Of a stretch of 48,303 nucleotides of DNA, positions 37,024 through 48,303 are shown in pieces. Source of the stretch: Octopus sinensis. Lineage: Eukaryota. A model generated the notes under the pieces. It searched no databases, was not told where the DNA came from, and was given only the letters and a program-made list of their open reading frames with translations. The position numbers and the translations under genes are program-made. The stretch lies in assembly GCF_006345805.1 (NCBI RefSeq), contig NW_021834449.1, positions 1 to 48,303 on the forward strand. The letters run 5' to 3'. Position 1 is the first letter of the stretch, and each line of letters begins with the position of its first letter.

Positions 37024-38676
37024 TGCTTTTTTTTTCAGTCATAGAGTTAGATTTATGAAGGTCTTCAGTAGAAAATCCTTCGAATTCTGACTCGCTGCTT
37101 GATATAATGAAATTCGTATCCATTTTTTGTCAGAATTACAAATTTTGAAAACACAATAGGAACAAATTTCGAAAAAAAAAATCTCCCATAATTCACAGAA
37201 TTAAAATTACACTTCGATTTTTGTACAAAACTGTATTTGAAGTGTTTACGAAGTATAATACGTGTTTTCACGAATGTACTAAAGAGATTTACTCTGATAT
37301 TCTCATTTAAATATGAATAGGTAAATTCGGGCGGTTTGGTAATGAAAGGGTTTATATAAGTGTCGTCTATTTATACATAAACACTGTTTCATACTTTCAG
37401 TTTAGTCTTCCTCAAATCACTCTCTTCCAAGAACATTTTCACTCACTCTTATCTGTTAGCTTGCCATACATTTTACTCATGTATCTATCAGCGTGATAGA
37501 CAGAAACAAATATTACATCTAGTTTCACTTTATTCGTTGCACACTGTGTGTGTGCGTTTGCATGTGCTGTAAACCAGACTAAGAAAAGCATTTGACATAC
37601 ACACCAGAATGTGAGTTTTCTGTAAATTTTGCTTAATTGGAGTTTAAATTTTAAAAACTGGACCTGGCAAAACCCGATGCATTCTACTCTTAAAAATGCT
37701 AGGTAAATTGTAATTGAAGAAATCCTATATTGTAGATTTCTATAACTGACAAAGGGAGGCAGATAAAATCTGCCTTTTATAATAAGAGATATATATATAT
37801 ATAATTTGTATACATTGTATATATAAAGCGTGTACACACACACATATATATATATATATATAATGTGTGCATTATGTGGTCGGTCGGTTCAGCTGAAAAT
37901 ATGCACACCTATGTTAAAAGTGCTGGCAAGTTTGCATGACAACTATTTTTTTCCTCAAATGAAACGCGTGACCTCTAGGACAAAATTCCTCATCTTATAA
38001 AATGTGGCCCCAGTACACCCGAATGAAATCGGGTTATACTAACCAAAATGTGAAAAGGGGTCTAAATGGGGCTGGAAGGGGATTAAAATTTAAATAAGCG
38101 AGTGTTTAGGAATTCCCAGTTACATCAAGCTAAAAAATTTGGACCAGCCTTTTAATCGTCGATGTGTTGCCGTCCATGATGAAGAAGTTTTGAATGCTTG
38201 CTATGGTGAGTCTACTGTCATGAGAAAGAATCACTTCAAAACTTGGTGTTTACGAATTTTCTTTTACATCAAGTTCAAAATTTTACGCCAGCCATTAAAC
38301 TGTCAATACGTTGCTGTCCGTCGTTAAGAAATGCCAGCCATGATGACTCTACTATCCTCACATTCTATCCCTTCAATCTTTGGTTTCCAATATTTTATTA
38401 TTTTTATTCAGCTCGCAAGTCCATCTGTCCCTTTTAAATGTTAGCGTTTTGCTGTCTGCCTTGAAGCAGACCTTTCCATTGCCACTACCTGATATTTATG
38501 ATTGATCTTTCTAAATATTTTATTTCTCAACTTACTCAAGATCTTTTGTTGTTTATAAATGGGAGAGAGATAGATAAAGATAGAGAGTAAGAGAAAGCGA
38601 GGGAGAGTCCGAGAGAAAGAAAAGTAAGAGAGTGGGGAAAGTGAGAGAGAAAGGAGAGAGAAACAAAGGGGGAGAA

Positions 38677-39000
38677 TCATCATCATCATCGTTTAACGTC
38701 CGTTTTCCGTGCTAGCACGGCTTGGACAGTTTGACCGGGGTCTGGGAAGCCAGGAGGCTGCACCAGCCTCCAGTCTGATCTGGCAGTGTTTCTACAGGTG
38801 GATGACCTTGCTAACGCCAAAGACTCTGTGATTTTAGTGGGTGCTTTTTTCATGCCGCCTGTGCCGGCGGCATGAAAAAAAAAGCACATAAAAAGCACCA
38901 ACCTGGCAGTGGCAACGATCGGTTGGTGCTTTTCATGTGCCACCGGCACAGAAGCCAGTCAATGTGGCACTGCAATCGGCCAGGTTTTTTTTTTTTACGT
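38677..39000 (-). mobile_element. RTE 3'-end fragment
   Basis: Same fragment at the equivalent position to 29905-30212. Confidence 0.8.
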
Positions 39001-39066
39001 GCTGAAAGGAAGCAAGAGAAAGTAACAACACTCTTACCCGCGCGTAGTGCGGGTCACCTTCAGCTA

Positions 39067-39102
<36 letters not shown>

Positions 39103-39198
39103 AATAATGAAGGGTGAAATTAATTAATTTGGAAAAATTATCAATTACACCAAGTAGTCTTCGGCATGTAAAAGCCTCATTCGAGGAAAATTTAAGTA

Positions 39199-39615
39199 AT
39201 ACTAAGCAATAAGGGTTTAGCAACGAGTTGCCTTACCACATACCGAATTTAGAAATAGCAGTCAAAGGGTTATAGCTATTTCTTCTACTAAAAAGGGAGA
39301 TCTCAGTAAAAACAGCATTGGAAGGCAGACACAAACAGGTAAGAGAGAATGAATTGACTGCAATCTATCATACATTTTTTAGTTATCCACGGACGTACGT
39401 TTCGAAATCAATTCGAAACGTACGTCCGTGGATAACTAAAAAAATGTATGATAGATTGCAGTCAATTCATTCTCTCTTACCTGTTTGTGTCTGCCTTCCA
39501 AATGCTGTTTTACTGAGATCTCCCTTTTTAGTAGAAGAAATAGCTATAACCCTTTGACTGCTATTTCTAAATTCGGTATGTGGTAAGGCAACTCGTTGCT
39601 AAACCCTTATTGCTA

Positions 39616-39619
<4 letters not shown>
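39199..39619. repeat. ~205-bp-arm near-perfect palindrome derived from a Penelope pLTR
   Basis: The arms differ only by single-base homopolymer indels, around a 5-nt loop (39407-39411). Each arm begins TTCGAAACGTACGTCCGTGG. Confidence 0.9.
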
Positions 39620-39670
<51 letters not shown>

Positions 39671-39720
39671 CATATATATAAACATTATATATATATATAT
39701 ATATATATACATATATATAC

Positions 39721-39793
<73 letters not shown>

Positions 39794-39924
39794 CATATAT
39801 ATATACTATATATACATATATACATATATATACATATAATCTACATATATATATATACTATATATATACATATATATACATATATATATACATATATAAT
39901 ACAAATATATATACATATATATAC

Positions 39925-39959
<35 letters not shown>

Positions 39960-40133
39960 CATATATATACATATATTATATATATACATATATATATACA
40001 TATATATATACATATATATATAACATATATATACATATATATATACATATATATATACATATATATATAATATATATATATACATAGATACATATATATA
40101 CATATATATATATATACATATATACATATATAT
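39616..40133. repeat. (TA)n/(TACA)n microsatellite
   Basis: Direct reading. Confidence 0.95.
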
Positions 40134-41275
40134 TGTATATGTACATGTAGAGGTAGGTACGACATATATGTTTATATATATGCATATGTTCTATTTTATT
40201 AACATATTATACGACTAAACGCACGCACCCTATTAAGTAAGATTGTTCTGTTTATCAAGTTAGCCTTGATATTAACTCTCACGCGACTCTGCATCTTTCT
40301 TTCTTTCTTTCTCTCCCATTCCCTTTTCGTCTTTTTTCCTCACTTAACTTGTCTCTTACTCTCTCTCTCATTCTTCATTTCTCTTCTCCCTTTCACCATT
40401 CTTCATGGTCTCCTCGCACCATTCCCATTCTTCTCTCTCTTCCTCTTGCTCCTCCTTCCCCATTCGTCGTCCATCGCGACGATACTTCCGTCGTAACTGC
40501 ATCCTGATTTTCTCGCCCGCCTTCTAAGGCTACTGGTCGACATTTTTTCTCTCGTCGTCCATATATCCAGCGTTTCCATTTTCCGTCCTTCCTTCTTCTC
40601 TCTTACTATCTTCGTTTTCTCCTCCCTCCTTTCCTGTCTCCGTTCGTCGTTACTACTCGTCGATATTTCGCTCGTCTTATTCTGTCTCTTCTCCGTCGTT
40701 ACCCCCTCTCTACGCTTACCCTCGGTTTCCGATCATTTTTCTCTCTTTTCGTTCGTCTTCCAATCCCGTTTTATCTATATCCACTCGTCGTTGTCAATAT
40801 TATTCCTTTCATCCGTTTTGCAAAACTTTTTCGTCTGGCGTTAACAGCCCTTCTTCTTGTTCTCCTTGTCCTGTCTCTCACAGTTATATATTTATTTTCC
40901 ACTGTTTATATATATATATTTTTACTGTTTATATGTTTGTACTGTCGTTACGTCTTGCTTTTTTTACCCCTCTGCGAAAAGATCTCAGAATTTTAATTGA
41001 TTTGCTTTTCGCAGGAAGGAAGTTTTTTCGAAGTATACGTCTCGCTTTTATCCTTCGAAACGTTTAGTAGATGAAACCTTAGCGACTGAAGAAGGGGATT
41101 TTTCGTTGTGCTTATTGTCCTGTATCTCTTTTTTTGCTTGTCTTGTCCTTGGTTTCTGTCTATGTTTTTCGTCTCTCTATGTGTTCGACGTCTTTTTGGT
41201 GTCCTGACACATATATGCGTGTATATGTACATGTAGAGGTAGGTACGTACATATATGTTTTATATATATATATAT

Positions 41276-41306
<31 letters not shown>

Positions 41307-41437
41307 GATAGACCATATATACACTATATATATATATATACAATATATATATCACATATATATATATATACATATAATATACATATATATATATATACAT
41401 ATATATATATACATATATATATATACATATATTAGAT

Positions 41438-41514
<77 letters not shown>

Positions 41515-41650
41515 TATAACATATATATATATTGTTATATTCGGAATGGTCATATGCCAGTTTAGCCAATAAAAACACATGCACTATATATTTGGTGTTA
41601 TTTTGCTTCAGTGATATTTATTTTTTACATTAATCTTAATCTTATTTCGG

Positions 41651-41690
41651 CCAAAGTTCTTTCGTCACACTCCTGTGACCACATCAGTGG
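41651..41690 (-). ncRNA. Variant minimal hammerhead-like motif
   Basis: CCA-CUGAUGU-G-GUCAC(aggagu)GUGAC-GAAA-GAACU-U-UGG; the core has U where A9 is expected. Confidence 0.45.
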
Positions 41691-42036
41691 TCCTTTGTTT
41701 TCTTCTCACTTATTTGTGTCTCTCCTTACTAACCGTCAGCCATTTTGTATTTCTATTGTATGTCTTCATTTGCACATGCTTATATCCATATGTGCGTCTA
41801 TGTTTATTTAGTGTGTGTGTGGGGGGGGATGCCTGTAATATTTGTATCTTCTGTTTATATACATTCTTGTAATTTGTATTTTGTTTTTGTTGTTGTTGCT
41901 TTTGTTCTAATTTTGTTCATGTGTTTACATCCACCCATTATTATCATTACATATGCTTGTATGTATGTATAACAACAATATTAGTAATAATAATAATAAA
42001 TCTAATCGAAAAAAAAAAAAAAATATGCCCCAGCAT

Positions 42037-42085
42037 GGCCACAGCTTATAAGCTGAAACTAGAATCAATCAATCAATCAATCAAT
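42037..42085 (+). mobile_element. Isolated LINE/SINE-type 3' tail
   Basis: tgccccagcatggccacagcttataagctgaaactaga followed by (atca)n. Confidence 0.6.
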
Positions 42086-43172
42086 CATATATATATATAT
42101 ATATACACACATATATACACATATACATATATATACATATACATACATAGATATATATACATATATATAGTTATTCATTTCTATTTGTTTATTTATCTGT
42201 GTATTTATTATGTTTTCAGGATCCTCTATCGTCATATGTTGTGGTGTGTGCTATTGCTCCTATCTAGTTTTCTATTCAGGCTAGGTTTATTTTCTATTAT
42301 ATGTGTAGCTTCTGTAATTTGTCTAATTGTTGCATCTATTCTATGTGTGGACAATATTTAATCTCTATGTTATTGATTGATCCCCCGTGTTCCTGTCGGC
42401 GTGTTGGTACAGAATCGATGAGCTTTTACCTTCCTGAGTTGTCTCCAATGTTCATTCACCCGCTCTCCAATGCTTCTTGCTGTTTCCCCTACGTTATGTA
42501 CTGTCTTGTTACTGCATCGTCCCTCTATACATCTTATACTAAAGACTACATTTCTGGCTTTACAGTTTGTTTGTGGGCTAAATCTACATGCAGTGCAATA
42601 GTTATCCGTACAGAGGGTTCTACTAAAAGGATAGGTTCTACCAATTATAGATCTGATAGGGTTGCCTGGCTTTTCAACAACCTTAAATATCACTGAAGCA
42701 AAATAACACCAAATATATAGTGCGTGTGTTTTTATTGGCTAAACTGGCTAAACCATTCCGAAATATAACAATATCTGTTTCAACACACGACTTCACACAA
42801 AAAATCTTGCACAACAAATATTTAAACGTACATATATATATATATATATACATATATATATAAATACATATATATATATATATATATACATACATATATA
42901 CATACATATATACATACATACACATACATATATATATATATATACATACATATATACATACATACATATATACATACATATATATATATACATACATATA
43001 TACGTACATACATATACATACATACATACATATATACATACATATATATATATATACATACATACATACATATAACGGGAAGCTTTATGAAAATAAACAA
43101 AAGACGAAGGCAGGTGGAAAACAAACGAACAATTGTATTAGTATGGCGCTCAGGAAATATAAATAAAACAAG

Positions 43173-43210
43173 TCTTTAACGTTTCGAGCCTACGCTCTTC
43201 AACAGAAAGA
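43173..43210 (-). ncRNA. Variant minimal hammerhead-like motif in a probable pLTR remnant
   Basis: UCUUU-CUGUUGA-A-GAGC(guag)GCUC-GAAA-CGU-U-AAAGA: stems I and II are perfect, but the core has U where A6 is expected. Confidence 0.5.
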
Positions 43211-43255
43211 TACACAGAGAGAGAAAAACACAGAAAGAAGGAGAGAAAAAAAATG

Positions 43256-44214
43256 CGTACATACATATATATATATATATACATACATATATATATATAT
43301 ATACATACATACATATATATATATATATACATACATACATACATATATATATATATATACATACATATATATTATATATATACATACAGTAATATATATA
43401 TATACATACATATATATATATATATACATACATATATAATATATATATACATACATACATACATATTACATATATATTATACAACATATATAATATACAT
43501 ACATATAATATATATATACTACATACAGAATATAATATATATAACATACATACATACATATATACATATATATATATACATACAATACATAAATATACAT
43601 ATATATATTTACATACATATATAATACATATATATATATACATACATACATACATATATACATATATATATATACATACATACATACATACTATATACAT
43701 ATATATAATATATACTACATATATACATACATATATACATAATATATATTATACATACATATATATATACATATATATATATACATATATACATAATATA
43801 TATATATACATTTAATATAATAAACATATATATACATATATATATATACATATATACATATCTATATACATACATATATATATATATACAATATATATAC
43901 ATACATATATACTATATACTATATATATATACATATATATATACAACATATATATATACTATATATATATATATATATATATATAGATACCATATATATA
44001 TATATACATATATAGATATATAATATATATATACATATATATATACACAATATACAAATATATATACATATATATATATACACATATATACATATATATA
44101 TACACACATATATATATATACACAAAGATACACATGTATATATACACATGTATATATACACATATATATATATACATATATATACACATATATATATATA
44201 TATACACATATATT
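43256..44214. repeat. (TA)n/(TACA)n microsatellite
   Basis: Direct reading; similar tracts lie at 41260-41530 and 42828-43075. Confidence 0.95.
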
Positions 44215-46870
44215 ATTCTTTTATTCTTTTACTTGTTTCAGCCATCCGGCTGAGGCCATGCTGGGGCACCGCCCTTGTTGCTACCCTCTCTAAGTTTAGT
44301 TTGCCGTGGCTGGCCACTGATCTAAGAGAGAGTTTGTAGCTGCTGCCCTTAGGTTACCTTCGTACCTTGCAGTGGGTTCATCTGGGATCCCGGAAAGCAG
44401 CTTGTCTAGATGTTTTTGAAAATGTCCACATCCGCATCATGTAGATCTCTTAGTTTCTGGGCAGTTGTTGAACAGCTGAGAGCCCCTGAACCCAGGCTAT
44501 TACAGTATCTGCTCCTTACCCTGGATGTGGAAGACGGGACCTTTGGCACCACACAGTGACGTCCTGTACGGGGAGTGGAACAGCTCTCAATTCCAAAATT
44601 TGTGCTAGTCCTCCAGGATTTTCCATATGTATATCACTGCATATCTCTCTCGTCTTCGTTCCAAGGAGTACAAATTGAGTTCCCTAAGCCTCCCAATAGT
44701 TCTTTCTTTCATGGTGGAAATCCTCTTGGTGAAATGTCTTTGGATTGTATCAAGCTCTGTGGTTAGTTTGACACTATGCGGTGACCACAGTTGGGAGCAG
44801 TAGTCCAGGCGGCTTAGGACAAATGTCCTCCATAGTGTCAACATGGTCTCGCAGTCACTTGTCCGGAATGTCCTCAGGATCCAGCCAGTGAGTCGTCTGC
44901 ACATAGTCGTCACCTTCGCGATGTGTGAAGAAAAAGATGCATCGTCACTCATGTCTATCCCCAGGTCCCGTATTGATTTCGATACTGGGATTTCGATCCC
45001 TCCTGGACCAGTATAGTTGTGTTGTAATGTATATGTGTTTACAGCTTGATATTGTAAGGCTTGAAATTTACCAGCATTAAATTGCATGTTGTTGTCTTCA
45101 GCCCATTTGTATATGGCATCCAGATCTTGTTGTAAAAGGTCAGTCAGCTGGGTTTTTTGATTGCCTGTGCTACCTTTGTGTCATCAGCATAGCTAGTGAG
45201 GGATGTTGTTTGTGCTACCAAGGGCATGTCAGAGAGCGCCACCAAAAACAGCAAGGGTCCCAAGACTGTGCCCTATGGCACCCCGCTTGCTATTGGTGTC
45301 TTTCCCGAGAGGGCTCCATTGGCTGCAACCATCTGGCTTCTGTCCTTCAGGAAGTCATGTATCCACTCACCTACTTTTCCTGTTATGCCGAGTCTGAGTA
45401 ATTTGTGACACATCACTCTGTGGTCGACTTTGTCAAAGGCCTTCGCAAAGTTAAGATATACCACATCCACCTGTGAGCGATCCAGTAGTTGTTTCAGTAC
45501 CCAGTCGTAGTGTTGTAACAGCTGCGTAAGGCAGCTTCTCCCTGGGCGAAAGCCATGCTGTGTGTCAGTGAGACGGTTAGTTTCTTCGAGGAACGTGATC
45601 AGTTTTTTTCTGATGATTCGTTCCATGACCTTACTTATGTGTGACGTCAGGGAGACTGGCCTGTAGTTTTTGGCCTCTGCTCTACTCCCTCCTTTGTGGA
45701 TAGGGCATATGGTGCCTTCTTTTTGCGCCCTGGGCAGTTTACCGTTAGCCAAGGAACCACTGAAGAGCTTCTTCAGTGGTCCCGCTAGGGCATGCCTGCA
45801 TGTTTTTAGGAGGACTGCAGGGAATCCATCTGGTCCAGCAGCTGAGTTTATTCTCATTTCTTCTATGGCAGATATTACATCCCTCTCTGTTATGTCTATG
45901 TGGTCGATGGTTGTTGTTTGGTTTTGGAGTGTTGTGGCATCAAAGAAAACTTCTGGGTTTGTGATTTGCATGTGCCCCCAGAGGGGATGTGAACACACTT
46001 TTATACTGTTCCTTTAGTATTTCACTTATCCCTTGGGGGTCCTCAGTTAGAGAGCCCCTTTTATCAAAGAGTGGGCCAATCTTGCAGTGTACCGAGGTGA
46101 TTTCTTTCGCAAATTTAAAGAAGGCTTTAGGGTTTGTTTTAATATTCTCTATGGCCCTGGCTTCTCTCTCTGCCCTCTCCTTCTCATAGGAAAGTTTGAG
46201 TGCAGTTTCCGTTTCAAAAAGTTTCAGGTGGAGTCCCTCATTGTTTCTCTGCCGTGCATTCAGTTGCTTCGAGAGCTTAGCTCTTCGCCTCATAAGTATT
46301 TTCCTGTCTCTGGGAATAACGTTCCTATGCCCGCTGGCTTTTTTCTCCGGGACAAACTTATGGCATATGTTCTGTATTGTTGTCATGAAATGTTGGAAAT
46401 GTGGTGTTGGTGTCTTGTGTGGTGATGAAGTCACTCCAGTCATGTTTTCGGATCTCTTCGTTGATCTTCTTCAGTTTGCCTTATGGAAGTTTAGACTGGA
46501 TAGGCCTGTGGTATTTTCTAATGGCTGCATCTCAACTAACTCTCTCATACCATATATCATTACCTCTACTAAGTTGTGATCTGAGAGAATTGTTGGTGTT
46601 ACCATTATGTTGTGGATGAGCATCGGTTGCTTGTGAAACAGAGGTCCAAGACATTCTCACCTCTTGTTGGCCAAAGCACTGCTTGCTCCATGAAAAACTT
46701 GCGTGTGAGAGCCAACAAGGACTCTGTCTGTCTCTGTTCAAGTGATGTCATTCCAGGGAGGAGATGGCCATCTGGCCATTTGACTTTCGGAAGTTTAAAA
46801 TCTCCCAACAGTAGAATGGTGTTACCCTGGCCAGTTTGTCCAGGACTTTTCTTCTATTCTTCTGAGGCTA
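44215..46870 (-). mobile_element. 5'-truncated CR1/Jockey-group LINE (second family)
   Basis: [18 protein letters not shown] (EN); AAGPDGFP..YRPVSLTS..QHGFRPGRSCLTQLL..YLNFAKAFDKV..SGVP (RT); SYADDTK; LSRLDYCSQLWSP; LYSLERRRERY; 3' tail at 44215-44274. Confidence 0.93.
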
Positions 46871-46877
46871 TCTTCAA

Positions 46878-47002
46878 ACACTCATATACATATATATATA
46901 CATATATATATATACATATATATATACACACATATATATTACATATATATATATATATATATAATACATATAATACATATATATTATATATATATATACT
47001 AC

Positions 47003-47039
<37 letters not shown>

Positions 47040-47125
47040 CATACTATATATAACATATATATATATACATATATATATACATATATATATATACATATAT
47101 TATATATCATATATATATATATACA

Positions 47126-47196
<71 letters not shown>
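46878..47196. repeat. (TA)n/(TACA)n microsatellite
   Basis: Direct reading. Confidence 0.95.
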
Positions 47197-47197
<1 letters not shown>

Positions 47198-48303
47198 GCA
47201 TAGTCCCCGTATAGTTAACCAGGTGATACACGAAGGAGTCATACCCAATGACTGGTTAGCAGCATATAGTCACTGCTACCAAGGTAAAGCAATGGTAAAG
47301 GTGCCCTAGATACAAATAACTACAGGGGCATCAAGCTGTTGGATCAGGTAATGAAGGTTTACGGAGAGGGTTATAGCCCAGTAATTAGAGAGAGAGTTAG
47401 CTTAGAGGATATGCAGTTTGGGTTCGTGCCAGGGAAAAGTACTACTGATGCTATATTCCTGGTAAGACAGCTGCAGGAGAAATACCTAGCCAAAGGTAGC
47501 CCTTGTACCTGGCTTTTGTTGACTTAGAGAAAGCCTTTGACAGGGTCCCCCGATCCCTTATCTGGTGGTCAATGAGGAAACTAGGGATAGATGAATGGTT
47601 AGTGAGAGCTGTGCGAGCCATGTACAGAGACGCAGCTAGTAAGGTGAGGGTTGGCAACGAGTACAGTGAAGAATTCCGGGTAGAGGTTGGGGTCCACCAA
47701 GGTTCAGTTCTCAGCCCCCTCCTATTTATCATAGTCCTCCAGGCAATAACGGAGGAATTTAAGACAGGATGCCCCTGGGAGCTCCTATATGCTGATGACC
47801 TTGCTCTAATTGCTGAGTCACTATCAGAACTGGAGGATAAGTTTCAGGTGTGGAAACAAGGATTAGAATCGAAAGGCCTTAGAATCAACCTAGCCAAAAC
47901 CAAAGTCCTAATAAGTAGGAAGGTGGACCAACCACAAACGACTTCAGGTAGATGGCCCTGCTCGATCTGTAAAAAAGGTGTAGGTAGAAACTCTATAAGG
48001 TGCACCAAGTGTAAGCTATGGACATATAAGAGGTGCAGCAATGTCAAAGGAAGGCTAACTAAGAAAATAGTTTTTGTCTGTGGCAGATGCTCAGGAGAAA
48101 TAAACACTGGAAATGTGCAGAGACCAACTTCTACCTCTACCTCGTTCCAGAGACAAACTAGAAGTAGTTGATAGCTTCCGCTACCTAGGAGACCAAGTCA
48201 GTGGGTGTGCTGAAAGTGTAACTGCTAGAGTAAGAATAGCCTGGGCAAAGTTTAGAGAGCCCTTACCCCTGCTGGTGACAAAAGGCCTCTCGCTAAGAGT
48301 AAA
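47197..48303 (+). mobile_element. RTE LINE RT region (runs off the window end)
   Basis: YLAFVDLEKAFDRVP..GVHQGSVLSPLLF..LLYADDL..GLRINLAKTK, followed by a Cys-rich insert. Same family as 18050-22510. Confidence 0.93.

Larger units (their letters stand above)
34423..39067 (+). mobile_element. Helitron array unit 3 (non-autonomous)
   Basis: 5' tatatataaaactgaaatgcg homologous to units 1 and 2; 3' hairpin + CTAG (39064-39067) followed by T; shares kilobase-scale internal modules with unit 1. Confidence 0.85.
41531..42774 (-). mobile_element. 5'-truncated Penelope-like element (GIY-YIG) bounded by inverted partial pLTRs
   Basis: ORF 42370-42693 reads CKARNVVFSIRC..VGETARSIGERVNEH. Segment 41531-41620 is the reverse complement of 42684-42774. 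Hammerhead-like motif at 41651-41690. Confidence 0.82.

Noticed and set aside
37065-37271. 68-aa ORF inside Helitron unit 3 as a captured gene fragment
   Set aside because: It has no recognisable motif or convincing splice signals, so it cannot be supported without a database search.
41045-41100. GAAACGTT and CTGAAGA close together
   Set aside because: The order does not fit a type I hammerhead, and no stem I closes a type II arrangement.

Overview
This is animal genomic DNA, rich in repeats and AT. The SINE, RTE and Penelope families look cephalopod (Octopus-like), which is an inference from family resemblance. The only host gene I can support is thymidylate synthase (TYMS) on the minus strand, absent from the ORF track. 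It shows two phase-compatible coding exons (15263-15297 and 10412-10533); the later exons lie left of the window and an upstream non-coding exon was not located. Most of the rest is transposon-derived or microsatellite, apart from unassigned AT-rich sequence. There are two CR1/Jockey-group LINEs, several RTE-clade LINEs (one nested with a 12-bp TSD, one 5'-inverted), a mariner remnant, tRNA-derived SINEs and long (TA)n tracts. Several Penelope-like elements carry hammerhead-ribozyme motifs and inverted pseudo-LTRs. An ~11.9-kb head-to-tail array of three Helitron units (27140-39067) contains a decayed Rep/helicase gene, nested Helitrons and a foldback element. The best leads are a Penelope 3' end combining a tRNA-like Pol III promoter with a hammerhead, the Helitron concatemer, inversions that repeatedly break at hammerhead motifs, and a structurally conserved LINE/SINE 3' tail. 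Most short ORFs in the supplied track are microsatellite or antisense artefacts.
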